Origin: Blastocatellia bacterium
GTDB lineage: Bacteria; Acidobacteriota; Blastocatellia; RBC074
DNA: 64,000 nt
Direction: 5' to 3'
Assembly: GCA_033763135.1 (NCBI GenBank)
Contig: JANRKY010000047.1
Location: 4,210 to 68,209 of the forward strand
Shown here: positions 9,214 through 16,241 of the stretch, piece after piece
Layout of the letters: every line of letters starts with the position of its first letter
Numbering within the stretch: the stretch's first letter is position 1
Translations under genes and position numbers: made by a program
The notes under the pieces: generated by a model
Seen by the model: only the letters and a program-made list of their open reading frames with translations
What the model was told of the DNA's origin: nothing
Databases searched by the model: none

Positions 9214-9594
9214 ATGAACGTAATTAATGTTTCAAATCTCAATGGTTCTGAGTTTGACAAGATAGAGTCAGTGATATCGAGCCATAATCAACTGCTTGAT
9301 GTTCTCAATTGCGTTGAGATAGAGAAAGAGAAGCGGCTGAGCCCAGAAATCGTGACTCAAGATGAGTATACGCACGACATTGTGGTTGAATGGAAAGAGC
9401 CCATATATCTGGTATACGATACGAATTGACTGGGAGCGATTGCGGCGGTCGCCGTCTGGGATCATAAGCCAACAGAAGAAGAGCTATTGAACGCGAGAGT
9501 GGAACGTGGATGGTTGCCGACAGAGTCACGCGTTAAAGAAGGCGAAGCCGTATTGGGCTATGCCTGCCGCATCGGCGTCAATCATCGAAAGTAA
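9214..9594 (+). CDS. Putative selenoprotein of unknown family (in-frame TGA at 9427-9429)
   Basis: Frame stays open for 54 sense codons after the TGA (YDTN-U-LGAIAAVAVWDHKP...) to TAA 9592-9594. SECIS-like stem GCGGC-GGTC-GCCGT with the loop at +18..+21. Confidence 0.65.
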
Positions 9595-9666
9595 GCATTG
9601 AGCAGGATCGACTTTCCTTCTTTTGAAGAGAGGCAGGCGAAAAAGATCGCAACGCACTGTATTTTC

Positions 9667-9720
9667 GCCTAACCGCCCGTTTGACTGAGCCCCCTTCGCT
9701 TCCAGATCGATCCTTTTGGA
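9667..9720 (+). repeat. attC-family left end (R'' GCCTAAC)
   Basis: TATTTTCGCCTAACCGCCCGTTTGACTG matches 9029-9057; followed by a TTCCAGATCGATCC piece of the right segment. Confidence 0.6.
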
Positions 9721-9804
9721 GGGGAGCGAGTTAGGGATCGAGTGCTCTAACGGTTGCACTGATTCTTGGTGAAAACACTTCAAAGAAAAGATGAGAGAGA
9801 GGCC

Positions 9805-10212
9805 ATGCTGCGAATCATCTTGGGCGTGATTGCCGGATTTTTTGGCTGGGTGATAGGTTGGTTTGGAAGCGAGAAGGCTCTTTCGGCCATTTGGCCGGAG
9901 TGGTTCGGCGTTCAACAACGCGCGTTCCAGGCGGCCATTGAGAATGACGGTCAGTTCGCGCCCGATACGAGGTTTCTTCTCACGCAGATTCTCTGCGCTG
10001 CAATCGTTTCGGTGATGTCAGGATTTCTGGCGGCGCTGGTCGCCGGCGAAGCGCAGCGCGCGCCTCTGATTCTCGGCATTCTGCTACTGGCATTGGGCTT
10101 AATGAAGGCGGTTCTGTCCTGGAGGCATGTTCCTGTTTGGTATCATATTCTCTTCACGGCGATTCTGGTTTTAATGACGATTATGGGCGGCAAATTGAAA
10201 ACGACAGCTTAG
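9805..10212 (+). CDS. Hypothetical 4-TM membrane protein
   Basis: Four hydrophobic segments and a PVWYH motif; RBS GAGG. Confidence 0.75.
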   Translation: MLRIILGVIAGFFGWVIGWFGSEKALSAIWPEWFGVQQRAFQAAIENDGQFAPDTRFLLTQILCAAIVSVMSGFLAALVAGEAQRAPLILGILLLALGLMKAVLSWRHVPVWYHILFTAILVLMTIMGGKLKTTA

Positions 10213-10304
10213 TCGGGATCGAGAGGGGATATGCTTCGGAGAATTGACTCAAAACGAACTGTCAATCGATTTTGGGATGACCAAGTTGGGAAAAAGCGAA
10301 ACAG

Positions 10305-11063
10305 ATGAAAATCGTCATAACTGCCTTATTGATAATTGCAGCCTCCATCACGAATTTAAACTGCGGTTCTCGAAAACAAGTCGCATTCGTTCCCAGGGAG
10401 GCGTACAAGACCAGCACGTTAATTGTGACCCAAATTGCCGGAAATTCCTTCAAGCATACCTCATTCAAGCAGACCAATGATTTTGGATATGTTCCATGCA
10501 ACGGGCTCATTGTGAGAAATGGCAATGAAGCAATTGTTTTCGACACGCCAACCAACGACAAGAGCTCAGGAGAATTGATCAAGTGGATAAAGGAGGAGCT
10601 CCATTGCAGGATAAATGCAGTTATTCCAACCCATTTTCACGACGATTGTCTGGGAGGGTTAACGGCGTTTGATGAGGATGGCATTCCTTCGTATGCGAAT
10701 TTCAGGACGATCGAGCTTGCGAGGGAGAACGGATTGGGCGTTCCCGGGAACAGCTTCAGGGATTCGCTTGTGCTGAAAGTGGGCGATGAGGAGGTTGTTG
10801 CGAAGTTTTTCGGAGAAGGACACACAAAGGATAATATCGTGGGATATTTCCCAAGTGAAGGCGTGATGTTCGGAGGTTGTCTGATAAAAGAGCTGAATGC
10901 AGGCAAGGGGTATTTGGGCGACGCCAATGTTGCGGATTGGTCCGCGACAGTTGAGCGAGTTAAGAAAGAGTATCCAGAGGTGGAAATTATTGTCCCAGGG
11001 CACGGAGAGCATGGGGACCAGAAGATACTTGATTATACGATTAACCTGTTCAAGGCTCAGTAG
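10305..11063 (+). CDS. bla: Subclass B1 metallo-beta-lactamase
   Basis: HFHDD (H116/H118/D120), GHTKDN (H196), GGCLIK (C221), PGHG (H263); upstream NGLIV and FDTP motifs; signal peptide ending LNC. Confidence 0.9.
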   Translation: MKIVITALLIIAASITNLNCGSRKQVAFVPREAYKTSTLIVTQIAGNSFKHTSFKQTNDFGYVPCNGLIVRNGNEAIVFDTPTNDKSSGELIKWIKEELHCRINAVIPTHFHDDCLGGLTAFDEDGIPSYANFRTIELARENGLGVPGNSFRDSLVLKVGDEEVVAKFFGEGHTKDNIVGYFPSEGVMFGGCLIKELNAGKGYLGDANVADWSATVERVKKEYPEVEIIVPGHGEHGDQKILDYTINLFKAQ

Positions 11064-11071
11064 GCGGGGAT

Positions 11072-11175
11072 CCGTTAAAGCCAGTGCGGCTCGGCGTTGT
11101 TTCTTGAGAGGCGCCGCAGTCTTCCAGGCCGATCCCATGCGGCCGGCGGCGTCCCGATGAATTCATTCGTCAGGC
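11072..11175 (+). repeat. attC-family middle and right segments (R' GTCAGGC)
   Basis: TTTCTTGAGAGGCGCCGCAGTCTTCCAGGCCGATCC...GATGAAT-TCATTC-GTCAGGC. Confidence 0.65.
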
Positions 11176-11220
11176 TCCCTTATGTTTCCGCCAATGCGGA
11201 GGCCTTCGGAGAAATGCGAT

Positions 11221-11925
11221 ATGGAGGAGATTAAACAGCGATACCTTTCGCTCCTGCCAGACCTGCCGCGATGGGTGGAGACGCGGGATCTGCTGTTGTG
11301 GGAGGGGTCCGTCGTGCTTGAGAACTCGAGTCGGAGCGGCTTCATCGTGTGGAGTGAAGAAGACGCTCTGGGGGCGGTGGTCGGCGAGCCGGATCCCGTG
11401 GTCCTTGCTCGCGCGGCGAAGGATGTATCCGAGCTGCTTGCCTTCTCCGAAAACATTATGCAGGTGAGGTCTCTTCTCCCGGGCTTCCTGGCAGAGTCTG
11501 CCACGATCTATTCCGCACCAGCGCAACTGCCGTCGTCACCAGCTCATATCTGCCGAAAGATCGGTCAACGCGAGATTTCGTCGTTGCGGCACCTGTCTGC
11601 TGATTTGTTGGAGGAGCTGTCGGACGCGGCGGAGGACGGGAGAGCGGTTGTGGCCGCCCTTGATGGGGGGCTGCCGGTATCTTTTGCCTATGTTGCGTCG
11701 GAAACGGAGACGCTGTGGGATGTATCGATCGATACGATCGAAAGCCATCGTCGCCAGGGGTACGCGGCGGCGGCCGTCCTTTATCTTATGCGTCTTATGA
11801 GAAGGAAGCGGAAAGCTGCTGTATGGGGAGCGCTGGAAAGCAATCATGCATCATCGAATCTGGCACGACGCCTGGGGTTTACCGAAAACGACAAACTATG
11901 GGTTCTGACTTCAAGCGGCGCCTGA
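11221..11925 (+). CDS. GNAT family N-acetyltransferase
   Basis: HRRQGYA acetyl-CoA motif and NHASSNLARRLGF. Start could be 11182. Confidence 0.85.
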   Translation: MEEIKQRYLSLLPDLPRWVETRDLLLWEGSVVLENSSRSGFIVWSEEDALGAVVGEPDPVVLARAAKDVSELLAFSENIMQVRSLLPGFLAESATIYSAPAQLPSSPAHICRKIGQREISSLRHLSADLLEELSDAAEDGRAVVAALDGGLPVSFAYVASETETLWDVSIDTIESHRRQGYAAAAVLYLMRLMRRKRKAAVWGALESNHASSNLARRLGFTENDKLWVLTSSGA

Positions 11926-12006
11926 CGCATGTTTTAGAGGACGCGCCGCCGTCTTCGAGGGAAACCCATTCGGGCGGCGGCGGCCTGGTCGCCTCATTCG
12001 TCAGGC
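11920..12006 (+). repeat. attC-family site with complementary non-canonical core GCCTGAC...GTCAGGC
   Basis: R'' overlaps the TGA stop; GCCGCCG...CGGCGGC stem; TCATTC-GTCAGGC. Confidence 0.72.
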
Positions 12007-12030
12007 TCAATGAAACCGCGGAGGATGAAA

Positions 12031-12546
12031 ATGATGGTGATCAATTACAGGGGCAAGAAATCCCGTCTTTATTTGAAGGGGGCATTATATTTGATGATTG
12101 CGGCGTTATGCCTTGTTTCGCTGATCAGCAGCGAGCTGAACAGCGCTTTTGCGAACGACAAATATAAATGTCCGCCTGGTCGTAGCCGGGTGAAGATGGA
12201 AGAGGAGTTGCGAGATAGCCTTCGCACGCTTCGCCGATCGATAGATTCATACAAACTTGCCTGTGAACAGGGATTGATCGGCCCGATAGATCGGAAAGTC
12301 GACGACATGTGCTATCCGCCTGATTTGCAAGTGTTGGTGACGGGGATCCAGCCACCCAACGGCAAATACCGAATCCGGTTTCTTCGGCGCATTCCTGTGG
12401 ATCCCATAACAGGGAAGCGTGAATGGGGATTACGGTCAATACAGGATGATCCCCGGGCGAGCGTCTGGGGGGGAGAAAATGTATTTGACGTGTACAGCAA
12501 GAGCAATAAACGAGGCCTTGATAAAATAGCTTATAGCGAGTGGTGA
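12031..12546 (+). CDS. Type II secretion pseudopilin (GspG-like) domain protein lacking the prepilin N-methylation motif
   Basis: ELRDSLRTLRRSIDSYK, YPPDLQVLV, FLRRIPVDP, DVYSKS motifs. Start uncertain. Confidence 0.7.
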   Translation: MMVINYRGKKSRLYLKGALYLMIAALCLVSLISSELNSAFANDKYKCPPGRSRVKMEEELRDSLRTLRRSIDSYKLACEQGLIGPIDRKVDDMCYPPDLQVLVTGIQPPNGKYRIRFLRRIPVDPITGKREWGLRSIQDDPRASVWGGENVFDVYSKSNKRGLDKIAYSEW

Positions 12547-12568
12547 GCGGGAGTCGTTATAAGCAGGG

Positions 12569-12675
12569 AGCTGACTTTGCGTTCGACCGGAGTTCAGATG
12601 ACGATAGAAATCGTCTCAAGGAGGGGGGAGAAGCGCCGTAAAGTCCGTGTGGCTCGGCGCAGTTTCTTCAGGGAG
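12569..12675 (+). repeat. attC-family left and middle segments (R'' AGCTGAC)
   Basis: AGCTGAC-TTTGC-GTTCGACCGGAGTT...GACGATAGAAATCGTCTCAA...GCGCCGTAAAGTCC...GGCTCGGCGCAGTTTCTT. Confidence 0.62.
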
Positions 12676-12687
12676 GGGAGAAGATTG

Positions 12688-13182
12688 ATGAATTCCGTTG
12701 AGTACAGCATTCGGCCGGCGGGCGAAGAAGACCAGTTGTTTCTTTGGGAGATGCTTTATCACGCGATTTACGTGCCGGATGGGCAGGCGCCGATCCCGAG
12801 AGAGATTGTGAACCAGCCGGAGATTGCAAAGTATGTCGATCGGTGGGGAAGGGGAGAGGATCATGGCGTGGTGGCGATCGAGAATCTGACTTTGGAGCCC
12901 GTAGGGGCGGCATGGCTCAGGATTTTTCCGGTGGAGAAGAAGGGATATGGTCACGTTCGCGAAGGTATTCCGGAGCTTTCGATTGCGATATTGCCTGGGT
13001 ATCGAAATCAGGGGATCGGGTCCGCATTGCTCCGGCGATTGATTGGCGATGCGAGAGGGCGATTTTCGGCGATATCATTGAGCGTCTCGCGTGAGAATCC
13101 GGCGGTTCGGCTGTATGAGCGCTTTGGATTTGAGGCGGTCGATCAGAGCGGTTCGTCGATCACGATGCTGAAGGAGCTTTGA
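12688..13182 (+). CDS. GNAT family N-acetyltransferase
   Basis: PELSIAILPGYRNQGIG and NPAVRLYERFGF motifs. Confidence 0.9.
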   Translation: MNSVEYSIRPAGEEDQLFLWEMLYHAIYVPDGQAPIPREIVNQPEIAKYVDRWGRGEDHGVVAIENLTLEPVGAAWLRIFPVEKKGYGHVREGIPELSIAILPGYRNQGIGSALLRRLIGDARGRFSAISLSVSRENPAVRLYERFGFEAVDQSGSSITMLKEL

Positions 13183-13207
13183 AAACAGGATCGTTTTGCA
13201 GGTTGCC

Positions 13208-13819
13208 ATGACGAGTAAGGAAAAAGAGCGAATGAGGGATGGGGCAGTGATGAGCGTCGAGTTTCGCCGAACGGGGGAGCGCCGTTACGCGGTCTCGATT
13301 GTTCGAGCGAATCATTCGCCGCTGGAGATGAATCCGGCGCCGGGGTACGATCCGATCATGCCTCATGATCTATTGCATTTTGTGGTGGAGAGCGAACTGG
13401 GGTTGAAGCGAGGGGTCTTCGGACAAATTGCGGATGGCGGAACTGCGGGAACCTTTCGCCCGATTTCGATCATGGGCAGGAATGATCGGGAAATCGCGCG
13501 TCATCGAAGGCGGGTTGCGGCGCGTGGAGAGAAGCTGTTTGAAGAAGGAGGCAAAGAAGCGGCGTGGGCAGAAGAGGCGACCACGATCTGCCTTTCCGAA
13601 TGGTTGACGCGTTCATCGGTTCCGGAGCGACGGAAGATGGCTGCGCAACGGGTTCCCGAAATGAAACAGGGGGGAGCTTCTGGAGCGGCATCGGGTCGGA
13701 AGCCGTTGAGCAATGAGCTTCTGGCTCGGATCTGCGCCCGGCTGGACGAGTTGAGCGAGCGATGGATGAATTTGGAAGTCGGAGAGTCTTTTACGGTGAC
13801 GTGGCAGGGGAAGCGTTGA
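13208..13819 (+). CDS. Hypothetical protein (PHDLxHxxxE metal-binding-like motif)
   Basis: MPHDLLHFVVESELGL..GVFG motif; start uncertain. Confidence 0.7.
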   Translation: MTSKEKERMRDGAVMSVEFRRTGERRYAVSIVRANHSPLEMNPAPGYDPIMPHDLLHFVVESELGLKRGVFGQIADGGTAGTFRPISIMGRNDREIARHRRRVAARGEKLFEEGGKEAAWAEEATTICLSEWLTRSSVPERRKMAAQRVPEMKQGGASGAASGRKPLSNELLARICARLDELSERWMNLEVGESFTVTWQGKR

Positions 13820-14000
13820 AGCAGCTGCCTGCAATGCGGTGTTGGTCAGAAGGAAAGGGCGAAGGAGAGGCATTCTCGAATCCGGAGGAGCCGTAGTTTG
13901 TGGGAAGAGAGTTCTTGCGGCAGCTGGGGTGAGGTTCGAAAAGGAGCGAATGGGAGAGCAGGCGTTGGGATCGAATCTGGTTATTGAATCTGGAGGTCAT

Positions 14001-14540
14001 ATGTATCGAATTGTCGGAGCATTTTCTCTTGCGTTCGTCGCACTTTGTTTGTCGGTGACGTTGGCGTCTTGCCGAGGCAAAGGCAGCGACTCGGAAAGCG
14101 GCACGGTGCAATCGAGCGGTTCCGGGCCTGAGACCAGTTCACCGCAGAGCGCGCAGGCGGGGGCAAAGGCGGATTCAAAGGAATCGCTCAGCCCGGATGA
14201 GGTACAGGCGGTGACGGGAGTCGCGTACGAGGCGGCAAACCAACTGGCGAACTTTCCGAATATCAAGCACTGGGAGTATCAGGCCGGAGCCCATCTTGTC
14301 AGTCTGTTGATCGCCACCGGGGAGACCGGCGGCGAACGGATGAAGCAAGGCAAGCTCAGCAAACATCGCGTCATCACAGATTTTGAGGAGGAGGCGATTT
14401 GGGAGTCGATTCAGGGGAAGCTTACGGCGCGCGCTGGAGAACGCTGTGTTGAAGTGCGCATTTCGAAGTCACACGGCGACGAGGCTCAGCGTCTTGATCA
14501 CGCCAAGGCTCTCGCCAAGCTTATGTTCGAGCGCCTCTGA
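14001..14540 (+). CDS. Hypothetical lipoprotein
   Basis: RBS GGAGG; lipobox LASC; Ser-rich linker. Confidence 0.7.
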   Translation: MYRIVGAFSLAFVALCLSVTLASCRGKGSDSESGTVQSSGSGPETSSPQSAQAGAKADSKESLSPDEVQAVTGVAYEAANQLANFPNIKHWEYQAGAHLVSLLIATGETGGERMKQGKLSKHRVITDFEEEAIWESIQGKLTARAGERCVEVRISKSHGDEAQRLDHAKALAKLMFERL

Positions 14541-14587
14541 GCCGCATTCGGGCCTTGATCATCGCTTCGGCCAGTGCGCCTTGAAGA

Positions 14588-14679
14588 ATCGACAGGATGG
14601 ACAGGATTTTTCAGGACGAACAGGATTCTCTGTTCACAATCATCCTGTAAATCCTGAAAATCCTGTTCATCCTGTCGAT
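14588..14679. repeat. CAGGAT-based tandem-repeat palindrome
   Basis: GACAGGATGGACAGGATTTTTCAGGAC...ATCCTGAAAATCCTGTTCATCCTGTC; second copy at 61104-61191. Confidence 0.8.
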
Positions 14680-14808
14680 ACCCGTCACTCAGGATCGGCT
14701 GGTTCCGAAGCAGCGAGCGACCGTGGCCGAAACGACGCTCAAGGCCGCGGGCGTGTCGCTGGCTTCGGCCAATGCCGACCGTATTTTTAACGATCGGATA
14801 TCCTTTTT

Positions 14809-15534
14809 ATGGCGGCAGATAGCAGCGCGGAGCGGTTTGTTGAAGCGTTGAAATCATATGTTTCAGCAGCTGAGCTTGAGAAGAATCAGCGATATTTTAA
14901 AACTGGCAAGGGCGAATATGGCGAAGGCGATATTTTTATCGGGGTGCGCATGGGGCAGGTATTCTCGCTAGCCAAGCAGTTTATTGAAATGCCGCCGGAG
15001 GAGATTGAGAAATTGCTTGAAAGCCCGATCCATGAAATAAGAGTTGGCGCGGTCAGCGTCATGGATTGGCAGGCGCGCGGCAAGAAGACGCCGGAGAGCC
15101 GAAGAAAAGAGCTTTACAACCTTTATATCAGGCGTCACGATCGAATCAATAGCTGGGACCTGGTCGATCGGAGCGCTCCCTACGTCGTTGGCGGATATTT
15201 GTCCGACAAGCCGCGCGATATGCTGTATGCGCTGGCGCGATCGAAGGATATTTGGAGACGCCGCACCGCGATCGTCAGCACGTACTATTTCATCCGGCAG
15301 GGCGAGGTTGAGGATACGTTCAGCATTGCTGAGATTCTGATCAATGATGACCAGGATTTGATCAATAAAGCGGTTGGCGGCTGGGTGCGTGAAGCGGGCA
15401 AAAAGGATCGTCAAAAACTGCTGGATTTTTTAGACAGGCATGCCGCAACCATGCCTCGTGTGGCGTTGCGTTACGCGATTGAGCATCTGGATAAAAAGCG
15501 GCGTGATCATTATCTTCACCTGAAAAAATGCTGA
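14809..15534 (+). CDS. DNA alkylation repair protein (AlkD-like HEAT-repeat glycosylase family)
   Basis: YFKTGKGEYGEGD.FIGV, NSWDLVD, WRRRTAIV, DLINKAVGGWVRE, MPRVALRYAIE motifs. Confidence 0.88.
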   Translation: MAADSSAERFVEALKSYVSAAELEKNQRYFKTGKGEYGEGDIFIGVRMGQVFSLAKQFIEMPPEEIEKLLESPIHEIRVGAVSVMDWQARGKKTPESRRKELYNLYIRRHDRINSWDLVDRSAPYVVGGYLSDKPRDMLYALARSKDIWRRRTAIVSTYYFIRQGEVEDTFSIAEILINDDQDLINKAVGGWVREAGKKDRQKLLDFLDRHAATMPRVALRYAIEHLDKKRRDHYLHLKKC

Positions 15535-15738
15535 TGCTGACGGGGATTGTGGCGTGGCGCGCGGGGAAGGCCTGGCCGCGGAGCCTGTCGGCATCGGAAC
15601 AGGCGGGGGCGGGGCGACAAGACGTACGTTCCATGAGTTCCGTTTACTCCGGTTTTCCTCTTCATCTCGATGACGAACCTGGTCGCGTGGATTTGAAGAC
15701 GGTTGTATGCCGGCGGCGGACGTGAAGGAGGGGAGAGG

Positions 15739-16125
15739 ATGGCGACGAGGCGGATGGCGCTTGTCGTGCTTTCAATGGTTGTCATCGCGGTTGGGGCGGG
15801 ATCGCGCTGGTTGGAGTTTGAAAGCTCATTGTTGAACAAGTACCTTGGCGATGCGCTGTATGCGGTGATGTTCTATCTGTTTCTCAGCCTCATGTGGGAG
15901 AGTGGAAGGCCGGTGGCAAAGGCGGGGCTGGTTGGGTTGCTGATGGTATCGATCGAGTTGTTTCAATTGACGGGAATTCCGCTGACGTTGAGTCGGAGCG
16001 ACAGCGTTGTGCTGCGGTATGTCGCCGTATTGCTTGGGACGGCGTTCAGCTGGCGGGATATTCTGGCGTATGGTGTGGGGATCATTGCGATCGTGAGTTA
16101 TGAGAAGGCGCGATATGGGAGCTGA
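15739..16125 (+). CDS. DUF2809 family membrane protein
   Basis: YLGDALYA, IELFQL, LGTAFSWRDILAY motifs. Confidence 0.8.
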   Translation: MATRRMALVVLSMVVIAVGAGSRWLEFESSLLNKYLGDALYAVMFYLFLSLMWESGRPVAKAGLVGLLMVSIELFQLTGIPLTLSRSDSVVLRYVAVLLGTAFSWRDILAYGVGIIAIVSYEKARYGS

Positions 16126-16188
16126 TCCGTGAGCGAGTCTCGCGGGGATGGGCGGGGGCGCGGTGAGCGCAGGTTGAGGAAGCGGAAC

Positions 16189-16223
16189 GAAGGCCCGGGC
16201 GGAAGTTGCCGTCCGGGCCTTCG
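16189..16223. terminator. Hairpin between convergent genes
   Basis: GAAGGCCCGGGCGG-AAGTTG-CCGTCCGGGCCTTC. Confidence 0.6.
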
Positions 16224-16241
16224 CTGTTGTTTGGAGCCGGG

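Larger units (their letters stand above)
1..13200 (+). mobile_element. Integron gene-cassette array (CALIN-like within this window; decayed; may extend to ~16125)
   Basis: About 16 unrelated small co-oriented ORFs typical of cassettes (GNAT, VOC, DHFR-like, DUF1801, MBL). Lower GC than the rest of the window. Intergenic palindromes with R''-L''...L'-R' attC architecture. No intI seen; it would lie left of the window. Confidence 0.8.

Noticed and set aside
15528-15725. 65-aa ORF between the AlkD-like and DUF2809 genes
   Set aside because: No RBS or recognisable motif; cannot be supported.
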